Origin: Candidatus Binatia bacterium
GTDB lineage: Bacteria; Desulfobacterota; Binatia; HRBIN30
Direction of reading: 5' to 3'
Length of the DNA: 64,000 nucleotides
Assembly: GCA_038245295.1 (NCBI GenBank)
Contig: JBBRSP010000004.1
Span: 160,001 to 224,000 of the forward strand
The notes below the pieces were generated by a model that was not told where the DNA came from, did no database searches, and saw nothing but the letters and a program-made list of their open reading frames with translations. Shown here in pieces: positions 19,948 to 30,514 of this stretch; within the stretch, counting starts at the first letter, position 1; every line of letters starts with the position of its first letter. A program made the position numbers and the translations under genes.

Positions 19948-21087
19948 ATGAAGAAGGTCGTTGCCGTCGTCGGCGCACGCCCGAACTATATGAAGATGGC
20001 ACCGATCCTTCGCGCCGCGCAGCGAGCCGACCGCGCCGCCAAGCTGCGATTCGTGCTCGTTCACACGGGACAACACTACGATGAACGGCTAACGGCGCGG
20101 GTGTTCGAGGATCTGCAAATGCCCGTCGCGGATCATTCCCTGGCTGTCCCGCCGGGTTCGAGCATTCAACAACTCGGCACCATTGCCGCTCGCCTTGAAA
20201 CCACGCTTCAACAAGAACGACCCGATCTGGTTTTGGTCGTCGGCGATGTCACCTCCACCCTCGCTGCCGCGTTGACGGCCAGCAGCCTGGGCATTCGCGT
20301 CGCGCATGTCGAGGCGGGGCTGCGCAGCTTCGACCGGCGCATGCCCGAAGAGCGTAATCGCGTCCTCATCGATCAGCTCGCGGATCTCCTCTTTACGACC
20401 GAAGCGAGCGCCGCTGCGAATCTCACCCGTGAAGGGTTGGCGCACCGCCCCATCCACCTGGTTGGCAATGTCATGATCGACAGTCTGCGGGCAACGCTGC
20501 CGGCGGCGCAGAATAGTAAACTACTCGCCGAGCTCGGACTCACCGGCGAGAACGGCAGCCGCCGCCCGTACGTCCTCGTCACCTTGCACCGACAATCGAA
20601 CGTCGACCGCCACCAAGATCTGCAAGGGATTCTCGCCGCTCTCGAAGCGTTGGCGCAGAGCTACGCGGTCGTCTTCCCACTGCATCCGCGCGTCGAATCG
20701 CGCCTGACGGAGTTCGGCTTGTGGAGCCACGTCGAGACGGTGGAACGCCGACGAACCCCGATCGCCGGCCGCATCTGGGCTCTACCGCCGCTCGGTTATG
20801 TCGACTTCCTCGGGTTGATGGCGAAGGCCGATGCCGTACTCACCGATTCCGGCGGCGTGCAGGAGGAAACCACCGGACTCGGCGTGCCCTGCCTGACTCT
20901 TCGCGATCACACCGAGCGCCCCATCACCATCACGCACGGCACCAATCGGCTCATCGGCTCCGACCCGAGCGCGATTGCGGCGGCCATGGCTGCCATCCGG
21001 CAACGTCAGCCTCGGTCTGAGTTGCCACCCTTCTGGGATGGGCACGCCGCCGAACGTATCGTTGCCGTGCTCGAGGATTACGTCTGA
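19948..21087 (+). CDS. wecB: UDP-N-acetylglucosamine 2-epimerase (non-hydrolysing)
   Basis: GARPNYMK, HTGQHYD, HVEAGLRS, TDSGGVQEE, WDGHAAERI. Confidence 0.93.
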   Translation: MKKVVAVVGARPNYMKMAPILRAAQRADRAAKLRFVLVHTGQHYDERLTARVFEDLQMPVADHSLAVPPGSSIQQLGTIAARLETTLQQERPDLVLVVGDVTSTLAAALTASSLGIRVAHVEAGLRSFDRRMPEERNRVLIDQLADLLFTTEASAAANLTREGLAHRPIHLVGNVMIDSLRATLPAAQNSKLLAELGLTGENGSRRPYVLVTLHRQSNVDRHQDLQGILAALEALAQSYAVVFPLHPRVESRLTEFGLWSHVETVERRRTPIAGRIWALPPLGYVDFLGLMAKADAVLTDSGGVQEETTGLGVPCLTLRDHTERPITITHGTNRLIGSDPSAIAAAMAAIRQRQPRSELPPFWDGHAAERIVAVLEDYV

Positions 21088-21098
21088 GCCGCGATCGC

Positions 21099-22160
21099 AT
21101 GGACTTCGCCCGCGCCGCGCCACCTGCCGGTATCAGCGTCGAGGTCGTTGATAACGACAACGCGTCCTGGGATGCGTTCGTGCGCCGCACGTCGGCATCG
21201 ACGCTGTTTCATCGGATGGCCTGGCGACATGTCCTTGAGGAGACCTTTCAGTACCGAGCACGCTACCTGACGGCACGTCAGGCGGGAGAAATCATCGGGG
21301 TCCTGCCACTCTTCGAGCTTGGGCGAGCGCGCCAACCACGTTGTCTCTTGTCGCTCCCGTTCGCCGTCGAGGCAGGCATCTGTTCCGATCACGCCGAGGC
21401 TCGGCAACAACTGGCCGACGCTGCCATCGAACTGGCCGCCGAGTCCAACGCCGGGTATGTCGAGTTGCGTGACACGTGGGACAGCCCCGGCTTCCTGGCC
21501 GAAGAGGGGCAAAACTTCCGCTTTCGGCGCTCGCTACATTCCAGCGATGCGGAGAACCTGGCGTGCATTCCACGCAAACAGCGGCGCATGGTGCGAGTCG
21601 GCCAGAACGCCGGTCTGCAGTCGCGGCTCGAAACGGACGGCACTGCGCTGCTGCACGACCTCGCGGCTTACTCGATGCAACGTCTTGGGTCACCCGTTTT
21701 CCCGCGCCGCTACTTCGAGTCTTTACGGCGACACCTGGGGGACGACTGCGAGATCCTCAGCGTCTGGCACGACTCGACCCCGGTGGCCGCGGTCATGAGC
21801 TTCTACTTCCGAGACACGGTCATGCCCTACTACAGCGGCTCTCGCCGCGAGTTCTTCGGACATGCCATCAACGACTTTCTCTATTGGGAAATGATGCGCC
21901 GCGCCCGCGCCCGCGGCGCCACGCAGTTCGACTTTGGCCGCAGCCGCAAAGGGTCCGGTGCCTATCACTTCAAGCGCCATTGGGGCTTCACACCCGAGCC
22001 GATGCGCCACCGCGTGTGTGTCCGGGGCGGCGCCGCTCCGTCCTCATCAACCACAACGAGCCTCGGGTTGGCGCGCTCATTCTGGCGGCACCTCCCTCTA
22101 CCGCTGACCAAACAGCTAGGACCGGTTCTCATGAAGTATCTCGGCGTGTACTACACCTGA
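21099..22160 (+). CDS. FemAB-related GNAT protein, XrtA/PEP-CTERM system (TIGR03019-like)
   Basis: SLPFAV, IPRKQRRMVR, LGSPVFP, PYYSG, FDFGRS, FKRHWGF. Confidence 0.88.
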   Translation: MDFARAAPPAGISVEVVDNDNASWDAFVRRTSASTLFHRMAWRHVLEETFQYRARYLTARQAGEIIGVLPLFELGRARQPRCLLSLPFAVEAGICSDHAEARQQLADAAIELAAESNAGYVELRDTWDSPGFLAEEGQNFRFRRSLHSSDAENLACIPRKQRRMVRVGQNAGLQSRLETDGTALLHDLAAYSMQRLGSPVFPRRYFESLRRHLGDDCEILSVWHDSTPVAAVMSFYFRDTVMPYYSGSRREFFGHAINDFLYWEMMRRARARGATQFDFGRSRKGSGAYHFKRHWGFTPEPMRHRVCVRGGAAPSSSTTTSLGLARSFWRHLPLPLTKQLGPVLMKYLGVYYT

Positions 22161-22166
22161 CCGTTC

Positions 22167-23399
22167 ATGCGCATCTTGTACCTCACACCACGCATCCCCT
22201 ACCCGCCGAACAAGGGCGACAAGGTGCGTACGTTCAACACCCTGCGCTACTTGTCACGACGGCATTCGGTGACACTCGTCAGCCTCGTGGATCACGGTGA
22301 CTCGGTCGAGCACCTCGCACCGCTACGCGCGCTGTGCGACGAGGTGGTGTTGATCGACAACGGGTTGGCTGGTGCCCGAACGCGCGCCGGCCTCGCCCTG
22401 GTCCTCGGCAAGTCAGCCAGCGAAGGTTTTTTCGGCAAGGGTAGCATGCGGCGCACAGTTGCGTCGCTCTGCGAACACAGGTCGTTCGATACGATCCTTG
22501 TGATGTCGTCGGCCCTGGCGCAGTACCTACCCGACGCGGGAAGGGAACATCGCGTCGTCGATGTCGTGGATGTCGACTCTGACAAGTGGCGACAGTTCGC
22601 AACCAACACGGCACCACCGCTGTCCTGGCTGTTCCGACTCGAGTCGCGGCGCGTTGCACGCCTCGAATCGGAACTAGCGCATTGCGCCGACGCATTGGTT
22701 TTCATCTCGATCCCCGAACGCGAGACATATCGTCATCATCAGCGCACCGAGGTCCCAACCTTCGTTGTACCTGTTGGTGTCGACACAACGCATTTCGCGC
22801 CTTCTACGCCACCGTGTGGATTCATCCCGCCGCGACTCTTGTTCACCGGTGCCCTGGACTACCGTCCGAACATCGACGCGCTGCAATGGTTCATGAGATC
22901 GATCCTCCCGCTCATCCGGCTCGAGATCCCCGCGATCCGCCTCATCGCGGTCGGCCATCGGCCGTCCCCCGCCGTGCGGCGTCTGGCACGACGCCACCCC
23001 GTCGACTTGGAGATTCGTGGGTCGGTGCCCGACATCCGTCCGTTCTTCGCCGAGGCGACCGTCTTCGTCGCACCACTGCGCCTGGGCCGCGGCATGAAGG
23101 TTAAGATCCTCGAAGCGATGGCCATGGGCACGGCAATCGTCGGCACATCGGTTGCCGCGGCAGGAATCGATGTGCGCAGCGATCGCGAAGTACTGATCGC
23201 CGACTCTGCGGAGTCGTTTGCCCGAGCGGTGGTCAAATTGCTGCAGGACGATGCCTATCGACTTCAGCTAGCGGGCGCCGCACGGCGCAAGATCGAGGCC
23301 CTCTATACGTGGGAAGCACCTCTCGCGGCGATGGAGCAAGTACTGACACCGCCACGCGCGCCACAAGCGACGACGGATTCGCCGGAGTACCCAGCATGA
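22167..23399 (+). CDS. GT4 glycosyltransferase (TIGR03087-like)
   Basis: RIPYPPNKGDKVR, DVDSDKW, FTGALDYRPN, KILEAMAMG. Confidence 0.88.
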   Translation: MRILYLTPRIPYPPNKGDKVRTFNTLRYLSRRHSVTLVSLVDHGDSVEHLAPLRALCDEVVLIDNGLAGARTRAGLALVLGKSASEGFFGKGSMRRTVASLCEHRSFDTILVMSSALAQYLPDAGREHRVVDVVDVDSDKWRQFATNTAPPLSWLFRLESRRVARLESELAHCADALVFISIPERETYRHHQRTEVPTFVVPVGVDTTHFAPSTPPCGFIPPRLLFTGALDYRPNIDALQWFMRSILPLIRLEIPAIRLIAVGHRPSPAVRRLARRHPVDLEIRGSVPDIRPFFAEATVFVAPLRLGRGMKVKILEAMAMGTAIVGTSVAAAGIDVRSDREVLIADSAESFARAVVKLLQDDAYRLQLAGAARRKIEALYTWEAPLAAMEQVLTPPRAPQATTDSPEYPA

Positions 23400-24613
23400 A
23401 TCGGGTGTTACTCATCAACGCGCAGTTCCCGCCCGATCCGGCAGTCGGTGGTATGCGTCCAGCCGCGTTTGCGCGCCACCTGCCGCAGTTCGGCTGGGAG
23501 GCCTGTGTCGTCGCACGGCGTCTGCGCGACGGCGACAACGGATCGACTGAGCCGGGTGCTCGACGTGTCGAACGCGCCTGGGGTGGCGACTCAAAGCGGT
23601 TGTTCGGCATCGGCGGCCACTATCCTTCTCTCACGGCCCTGCCGGACCGCACCATCTCGTGGCTGCCTGCTGCGGTGGCGCGAGGGCTTCGGCTGATCAG
23701 CCAGGAGAATTGCGCGGTGCTGCTGAGCAGCAGCCCGCCGAGCACCGCACACTGCATTGGCATGGTCTTGAAGCGCCTGACCGGCCTGCCCTGGATAGCG
23801 GACCTGCGCGACCCGTGGCGCGGCATCACACCCGGCGGGCGCTGGCACCGCTCGCTGGATCAACGACTAGAAACTGCCGCGATGAGACGGGCTGATGCGA
23901 TAGTCGTCACGACACCGAGCCTCGGCGAACACCTGACGGAGCGTTTCGGTCCCTCCGTGGGCGGCAAAGTTACGGTCATCCGCAATGGCTTTGACGAGGA
24001 GATGTTCGCGCGACTCGCGGCACCTCAGCCCGCGACACGTTTTGAGTTGGCCCACCTCGGCAGTCTCAACAGCTATCGGGAACCCCGATCGCTGCTCGTC
24101 GCTCTACGCGACGCCCTGCGCCACGGCACGGTTCCAGCCGACACGCTGATTCGCTTCGTTGGCAGCATCGACGCAGCAAGCGACGCCCTCCTGCACCAAG
24201 CGGCAGAAGAGTTGGAAGTAGCCGAGCATGTGCAAATCGAACCACGCTGCCCTCAGGAGCAGGCGCTCGCCATCATGCTGCAAGCGTCGGCGCTCTTGCT
24301 ACTGCAGCCCAGCGCCGAAACGGCGCCGTGCATTCCCACCAAAGCGTTCGAGTATCTGCGCTCCAATCGTCCCGTGCTCTGCGTGGCTCCGGCCGGCAGC
24401 GAGACCCGCCGCTTTGTCGAAGGGTTTGATCTCGTGTTTACCGCCAGTGCAGACGACCCGACCGCCATTCGCCGCCAGATCGAAGCCACACACGTCGCTT
24501 GGCAACAAGGCCTGGCGGCGCAGCGCGATGTCAGCAGCCACAGCCGCCGGGAAGCGACGGCGATGCTGGCCGGCGTACTTGACCGACTCACGGAACACCG
24601 GGCCGGGGTATGA
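23396..24613 (+). CDS. GT4 family glycosyltransferase
   Basis: QFPP..GG.R, SSPP, WIADLRDPW, IPTKAFEYL; ATGA overlap. Confidence 0.85.
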   Translation: MNRVLLINAQFPPDPAVGGMRPAAFARHLPQFGWEACVVARRLRDGDNGSTEPGARRVERAWGGDSKRLFGIGGHYPSLTALPDRTISWLPAAVARGLRLISQENCAVLLSSSPPSTAHCIGMVLKRLTGLPWIADLRDPWRGITPGGRWHRSLDQRLETAAMRRADAIVVTTPSLGEHLTERFGPSVGGKVTVIRNGFDEEMFARLAAPQPATRFELAHLGSLNSYREPRSLLVALRDALRHGTVPADTLIRFVGSIDAASDALLHQAAEELEVAEHVQIEPRCPQEQALAIMLQASALLLLQPSAETAPCIPTKAFEYLRSNRPVLCVAPAGSETRRFVEGFDLVFTASADDPTAIRRQIEATHVAWQQGLAAQRDVSSHSRREATAMLAGVLDRLTEHRAGV

Positions 24614-26091
24614 GTCGACCGGCAACTCCCCGGGGCATCACCAATGACGTCGGGCGCTACTACGCCCTCCAGGCGGCGGTGGTCGCCGGCGGACTGATCT
24701 CGATGCCGATCACAACGCGATTGCTCAGTCAGGCCGAATACGGCCGGTTGAGCCTGGTGTTCGCGTTTGTCAGCTTCGGGACCGTTGTTGGGCAGCTGGG
24801 CTTCGCAAACGCCATCGCTCGCTTCTATGCGGAGCGTGAATCAGTCGGCCCGGCAGCGACACGGCAATTCTGCGAAGCAGTCTTTACGGGAGCCCTCGTA
24901 TCGGGATCGCTGCTGACGATCGTCCTGACGCTCACTCTGACCGGAGTGTTTGGATGGAGCCCCGGCGACTCACCCATGCTCCTTACCCTGGCGGGCGTGA
25001 TTGTCGCGACCCGGGTCCTGATGACCGTTCTATTCGCCATCTATCGCAGCCGCCAGTCGGTCGGCGCCTTCGCCGTTGGCCGCCTCGCTTGTCAGTGGGG
25101 CATCATTGTCCTGGCCACCACGCTGCTCCTGTTGCGCCCGGCAGCCGCCACGGTGCTCGCGGCAACAGCCGTCATCGAAGGTGTCGTCACCAGCTTCTGC
25201 TTCTTGCATCTGCGGCGTCTGGACGTGCTGCGGCGACTGCGTTGGTCGTCGAAGACCTTGCGGCAAGCCAATTCGTATGGCTGGCCGCTGGCCTTCGCCG
25301 GCGCTGCAGCCATCTTCACGGCCTACGCCGACCGTTTCCTGATCGAACGCTATCTCGGTGTCGCCGCTGTCGCACAGTACTCAGTGCCCTATGATCTCTC
25401 GTCCGAGCTGGCGCGGACCATGCTGTTACCAATCCAGACCGCTGTGCTGCCGGCCATCTTCCGTCTGTGGGCGGCCGGGCGGAAGGACGAGGTGCGCCTT
25501 TCTCTTTCGGTTCTGACCACCAACCTTCTCGCCTTTGCCTTGCCGATCGGGGCCCTCTTTGCCGCCCTGAACGGCGAGATCATCACACTCCTGGCTTCCG
25601 CCAAGTACCACGATTCGGCGGCGTTGACGGTGTACCTGCTACCCGGTGTACTGCTCAACGAAATGACCTTCCTGTTCGCCATCGGTTTGCGTCTATCCCA
25701 AGAGACGCGCGCCGCCGCGCTGATCTCGGTGGCCGGCGCGGGTCTCAACATTGCGGTCAACGTGGTAACCCTGCCGCGTATCGGACTCGCGGGCGCTGCC
25801 GCGGCCACTTCGTTCACGTACTTGGCGGTGACGGTGGCATTGTATTTCTGGTCGCGTCCGGTGCTGCGTCTGCGCATCCGTGGCAACCTGTTGCTCAAGT
25901 CGGCTCTGGTGACCGCACTCATGCTGCTGGCCGTACGGGGTGTCGGACCGATCGCCACGTGGCTCCCTCTCGACATCGCCATCCGCGGCTGCGGCGGCGC
26001 CTTCATCATCGCCGCTTGTCTGATCGGCGGTGATGGCGAGCTACGACGCACCGTTCGCGACGCGCTGCCCACAAGAAAGCTCATCGCGTGA
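24610..26091 (+). CDS. Polysaccharide flippase (Wzx/MOP family)
   Basis: About 12-14 TM segments; TRLLSQAEYG, DRFLI, GAAAAT. Confidence 0.85.
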   Translation: MSRPATPRGITNDVGRYYALQAAVVAGGLISMPITTRLLSQAEYGRLSLVFAFVSFGTVVGQLGFANAIARFYAERESVGPAATRQFCEAVFTGALVSGSLLTIVLTLTLTGVFGWSPGDSPMLLTLAGVIVATRVLMTVLFAIYRSRQSVGAFAVGRLACQWGIIVLATTLLLLRPAAATVLAATAVIEGVVTSFCFLHLRRLDVLRRLRWSSKTLRQANSYGWPLAFAGAAAIFTAYADRFLIERYLGVAAVAQYSVPYDLSSELARTMLLPIQTAVLPAIFRLWAAGRKDEVRLSLSVLTTNLLAFALPIGALFAALNGEIITLLASAKYHDSAALTVYLLPGVLLNEMTFLFAIGLRLSQETRAAALISVAGAGLNIAVNVVTLPRIGLAGAAAATSFTYLAVTVALYFWSRPVLRLRIRGNLLLKSALVTALMLLAVRGVGPIATWLPLDIAIRGCGGAFIIAACLIGGDGELRRTVRDALPTRKLIA

Positions 26092-27254
26092 GCCCAGCGT
26101 CCGATCGACAACACGTCCGTATCCTTCATGTCTTGCAGCACTTCGGGGTCGGCGGGGTGCAACGCCAGTGTGCTGCTCAATTGGCTTCGATGTCTGGTCG
26201 TTTCGAACACTGCGTCGCCGCGCTGAACGGCGACCTGCGCATGCGCGCGGCAATCCCGGCGCGCTGCCACATCGAGTTCGTCCGTGCTCCGGGTAAACAG
26301 CGATCGCGACCTTACTTCGCTACCGTTTTACCGTGGCTGCGCGCCCAGCGCCCCGATCTTCTCCTGACCTATGGCTGGGGCACCAGCGACGTGCTGTTCG
26401 CCGCCCTGTTGTTGGGCATGCCGCGCGTGGTCCACGCCGAGCACGGCTTCGGCCCCGACGAGTTGCCGAATCAATTGCGCCGACGCCTGTGGGCGCGACG
26501 GTTGCTCTACCGTCGCGTATCGCGCCTCGTCGTCCCGTCGCGCACGCTCGAGCGTGTGGCGCGCGACCTCTGGTTGCTGCCGCAGCAGCGTATCAGCTTC
26601 ATCCCCAGCGGGGTCGATACGACTCATTTTCGAACGGGCAGCGGCGCCGCGGTGCGCGCCGAACTCGGAATTCCCGCGGACGCCGTGGTCCTCGGGAGTG
26701 TCGGCCGACTCGACGAGGGCAAAGATGTCGATCGCCTCATCACGGCAGCCGCCGCCCTCCCAAGTTTGCCCAAGATACACATCATTCTGGTGGGCGATGG
26801 AAATGAGCGTGGCAGGCTCGCGGCGCTCGCGATACAGCGCGGGCTTTGCGAGCGCGTTCACTTCGTTGGGTTCAGTGCCGACCCCTATCCGTACTACCTG
26901 GGATTCGACGTCTTCGTGCTGACATCGCGCAGCGAGCAACGGCCCTTGGCGCTACTCGAGGCAATGGCGTGCGGTTTGCCTGTGGTTGCAACCGACGTCG
27001 GGGATGTGCTCGCGATGGTCGGCGCAGCGAACCGCCCGTTCGTGGTTGCCTACGGCGGTGATCGCGCCTTGACGGATGCGTTGAAGCAACTGGTGCAAAA
27101 CGCATCCCTGCGCAAAGACCTCGGCCGGGACAATCGCCAGCGCTGCGAAGATGAGTTCGACACCGGCCAGGTGGTGGCACGATACGCGCAACTGTATGAC
27201 GACGTGATGCGCGACGCTCCAGTGCCGGAGCATGGCACGGAGAGTGAAGGATGA
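26088..27254 (+). CDS. GT4 glycosyltransferase (TIGR03088-like)
   Basis: ILHV..GG, HAEHG, VGRL..K, SRSEQ.P..LLEAMACGLPVVATDVG. Confidence 0.85.
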   Translation: MSPASDRQHVRILHVLQHFGVGGVQRQCAAQLASMSGRFEHCVAALNGDLRMRAAIPARCHIEFVRAPGKQRSRPYFATVLPWLRAQRPDLLLTYGWGTSDVLFAALLLGMPRVVHAEHGFGPDELPNQLRRRLWARRLLYRRVSRLVVPSRTLERVARDLWLLPQQRISFIPSGVDTTHFRTGSGAAVRAELGIPADAVVLGSVGRLDEGKDVDRLITAAAALPSLPKIHIILVGDGNERGRLAALAIQRGLCERVHFVGFSADPYPYYLGFDVFVLTSRSEQRPLALLEAMACGLPVVATDVGDVLAMVGAANRPFVVAYGGDRALTDALKQLVQNASLRKDLGRDNRQRCEDEFDTGQVVARYAQLYDDVMRDAPVPEHGTESEG

Positions 27255-28555
27255 TGGGATCGTTTCCCGACATCGTGCTGACGGCGGTCGTCTTCTTGAG
27301 CTTGCCGGCGTGTTTCGTCTGGCCCTGGGTGGGCATCGTCGTCTGGTGTTGGCTCGGGTTCATGAATCCGCATCGATTGATGCACGGTTTCGCGCCTGAC
27401 ATGCATTTCTCACAGCTCGTCGCGATCGCCACCCTGGCGGGCTTGCCATTCACCGGCTCGCGCTACCGACTGCCGCTGACACGCGAGGTAGTGCTGCTGC
27501 TCGCCTTCTGGGGGGTAACCGTGTTGTCGACGTTTCTCACCGCAATCCATCCGCCGGAGGCGCGCCACCATTTTCTCCAGGTCACCAAGATTCTGGTGAT
27601 GAATGTTTTCCTCGTCGTCATCCTGTTTCAGGAACGTCGCAAGATCTTCGTGCTCCTCGGGGTGATGGCCCTATCACTCGGTGTCTACGCCGTGACGGGC
27701 GCCGCCTGGGCACTCGCCACCGGCTCAAGCCAGCCTATCTATGGTCCGCCCAATTCGCAGATCTACGACACCAACAATCTGGCCGGAGCGCTGGTACTGC
27801 TACTTCCGCTCGTCGCGTTCCTGCACCGCCACACCTCGTGGAATCTGGTACGCTTTCTCCTTGCGGGTACCTTCGTCGCCAACGCCCTGGCGATCCAGGC
27901 AACCTTCTCCAGGGCCGGCTTGATCGGCGCCTTCGTCGTCGGCGTCGGCCTCCTTCTGTCGCGCTACTTCAAACTGCTCGGCCTGGCGGCGGGAGTCTTG
28001 CTACTCCTATTCGTCGGACATCGTGTACCGTCGATGTGGACCTCCCGCATGGCTACCATCACCACCGTGCGACAAACCGCGACCACGGACGCGTCAGCCA
28101 TTGTGCGCCTTCACGCCTGGTATGTCGCTTGGAGGCTCGGCTGCGATCATCCGTGGCTGGGTGCCGGCTATCTGCCGTTCGCGCCTGAGGTGTACGAAAA
28201 GTACATCCCCGGCTACTCCGACTACCACTACGCGCACAACATCTTCTTGCAGGTGTTCGCCGAGCATGGCGTTCCGGGATTGCTCTTGTACGGCGCCCTG
28301 CTCGTGTGCACCCTGTTGACCTTGCAACGAATCGCGACGCAGCCACGTCACGGACCCGACGACGAATGGCTCAGCGACGCGGCGCGCGCCGTACAGTTGG
28401 CCCTTGTGGGCTACGCGACCGTGTCGATGTTCCACTGCTTGTCCTACACGGACCTTCTCTTTCAGTGCGTCGCTCTGGCAATCGTCCTCGACGTCGTCGC
28501 GCGCTCCGCCCAACAACCCGTGGCGGCGTTGCTGCGGCGACCGGGGGGCGTCTGA
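27251..28555 (+). CDS. Putative O-glycosylation ligase, exosortase A-associated (TIGR03097-like)
   Basis: MNPHR, YGPP..IYDTN, SRAG, AHNIFLQVFAEHG. Confidence 0.83.
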   Translation: MMGSFPDIVLTAVVFLSLPACFVWPWVGIVVWCWLGFMNPHRLMHGFAPDMHFSQLVAIATLAGLPFTGSRYRLPLTREVVLLLAFWGVTVLSTFLTAIHPPEARHHFLQVTKILVMNVFLVVILFQERRKIFVLLGVMALSLGVYAVTGAAWALATGSSQPIYGPPNSQIYDTNNLAGALVLLLPLVAFLHRHTSWNLVRFLLAGTFVANALAIQATFSRAGLIGAFVVGVGLLLSRYFKLLGLAAGVLLLLFVGHRVPSMWTSRMATITTVRQTATTDASAIVRLHAWYVAWRLGCDHPWLGAGYLPFAPEVYEKYIPGYSDYHYAHNIFLQVFAEHGVPGLLLYGALLVCTLLTLQRIATQPRHGPDDEWLSDAARAVQLALVGYATVSMFHCLSYTDLLFQCVALAIVLDVVARSAQQPVAALLRRPGGV

Positions 28556-30426
28556 TGTGTGGCATTGCAGGCTCGTTCGGACGTCACGCCGCCTACAAGC
28601 CGAGCAAGACACAAGTATTGCGGATGGCCGATCGTTTGCGACATCGCGGGCCGGATGCGGGTGGTAGCTTCATCGAGGCGCCGGTCGCCCTCGCCTGTCG
28701 CCGTCTGCGAATCGTCGACGTCGGCGGCGCCGACCAACCGCTATTCAACGAGGAACGCACGGTGGCCGTGGTGTTCAACGGTGAGATCTACAACTTCGTG
28801 GCGCTGCGTCGCGGCCTGAGCCAACGCGGGCATCGTTTCGCTACCGATGGCGACACCGAATGCCTGGTGCATCTCTACGAGGAATACGGCATCGACGGCT
28901 GTCTGCAGCGGCTCGTCGGCATGTTCAGCTTTGCGCTCTACGATCGGCGCGCGCGTCGCCTGTTCCTGGCCCGCGATCGCGTCGGCGTGAAACCCCTCTA
29001 CATCGCCGAGACGACGGATGCCTGGCATTTCGCCTCCGAAGCAAAAGCCCTCCTGGAGATTCCCGCGATCGATCGCGGCATCGACACGACGGCGCTGTGC
29101 GACGCGCTCGTGTTCGGGTACGTCCCAGCGCCGCGTTCGATCTTTCGCGGCATACGCAAACTGCCGGCCGGATCGTACGCCGTGTTGAACGTCGACAAGC
29201 CGATGGAGGTCCATCGTTATTGGGATCTCTCGTTCATCCCGGGAAGAACGCAGGAGATCGGCGAGCTCACCGAGGAGTTGGCGGTAAGCTTGCAAACGGC
29301 GGTCCAACGGCGACTCGTTGCCGACGTGCCGCTCGGCACCTTCCTGTCGAGCGGACTCGATTCGAGCGTCGTTGCGGCCTTGATGGCAGAGCCACTCGGT
29401 GAGCCACCGCTGGCGCTCACCGTCGGGTTCGGCGAGCCATCTTTCGATGAGCGCGACGGAGCACGCTTTACGGCGCGGTTGCTCAAGTTGAATCATGTCG
29501 AGTTGGAAGTGGCACCCGACGCGAAGACGGTGCTGCCGGCACTGGCGCGCACCTTCGACGAGCCGTTCTTCGATTCGTCAGCTCTGCCGACGTACCTCTT
29601 GTGCGGCGCGGCGCGGCAACACGTCAGCGTCGCACTGTCGGGCGACGGGGGGGACGAATCGTTTGCCGGCTATCGGCGCTATGCGTTCGACGTGTTCGAG
29701 AACAGCGTGCGCCGTTTTGTCCCGCCCTTGGTCGGTCCGCCGGTGTTGCGTTTCTTGTCGGCGGTGGCCCCGCAAGGCAGTTGGCTACCGCAGCCGCTGC
29801 GCGGCAAGACCCTGCTTGGCAATCTCGCTCGCTCGCCGCTCGCCGCGTATTTACACTCGGTGGCCCGAATGAGCCCAGATCGAGCCCTGGCGCTACTGTC
29901 TCCGGATCTGCGAGCGTCGCTGCGCGAGTACTCTGCCGTCGACGCCATGCAAGCGATTTATGACCGCGCGCCGGCCGAGGATTCGTTGTCGCGCATCCAG
30001 TATCTCGACTTCCACACGTGGTTGCCCGACGACATTCTTTGCAAGGTGGATCGTACCAGCATGGCTCACTCGCTCGAGGTGCGCGAGCCGTTGCTCGACC
30101 ATGAGCTTCTTGAACTGGTGGCGCGCATGCCGTGGGACCTCAAATTACGCGGCCGCGAACGCAAGTTCATCCTGAAGGAAACAGCGCGCCGATGGTTACC
30201 CGACGACTTGATCCAGCGGCCCAAACGCGGCTTTGAGCTGCCACTCCGTCGCTGGTTGCAAAACGAGTTGCGCAACGAAGTGGATGCCGCCGCCAACTGC
30301 CCCTTGCTCGACGGCGCTCGGGTACGTTCGGCTCTGGCACTCCACGGCGGCGGCCGGCAAGACCGGTCGAGCGAGTTGTGGAGCGCCATCATGTTGAGCC
30401 ATTGGTTTGAGGCATACGGGCAATGA
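28555..30426 (+). CDS. asnB: Asparagine synthase-type glutamine amidotransferase (EPS amidation)
   Basis: MCGIAG, HRGPD, FNGEIYN, LSSGLDSS, SGDGGDE, KVDRTSMAHSLEVR; TGATG coupling. Confidence 0.9.
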   Translation: MCGIAGSFGRHAAYKPSKTQVLRMADRLRHRGPDAGGSFIEAPVALACRRLRIVDVGGADQPLFNEERTVAVVFNGEIYNFVALRRGLSQRGHRFATDGDTECLVHLYEEYGIDGCLQRLVGMFSFALYDRRARRLFLARDRVGVKPLYIAETTDAWHFASEAKALLEIPAIDRGIDTTALCDALVFGYVPAPRSIFRGIRKLPAGSYAVLNVDKPMEVHRYWDLSFIPGRTQEIGELTEELAVSLQTAVQRRLVADVPLGTFLSSGLDSSVVAALMAEPLGEPPLALTVGFGEPSFDERDGARFTARLLKLNHVELEVAPDAKTVLPALARTFDEPFFDSSALPTYLLCGAARQHVSVALSGDGGDESFAGYRRYAFDVFENSVRRFVPPLVGPPVLRFLSAVAPQGSWLPQPLRGKTLLGNLARSPLAAYLHSVARMSPDRALALLSPDLRASLREYSAVDAMQAIYDRAPAEDSLSRIQYLDFHTWLPDDILCKVDRTSMAHSLEVREPLLDHELLELVARMPWDLKLRGRERKFILKETARRWLPDDLIQRPKRGFELPLRRWLQNELRNEVDAAANCPLLDGARVRSALALHGGGRQDRSSELWSAIMLSHWFEAYGQ

Positions 30427-30514
30427 CGAGCCGTCGGCGCGTCGGCTTCGGGGAACGTCAGTTGGCAACTCGGCTCTCCAAGGCCGTCGGTGTCGCGGGA
30501 CAGGATTGCCAGAC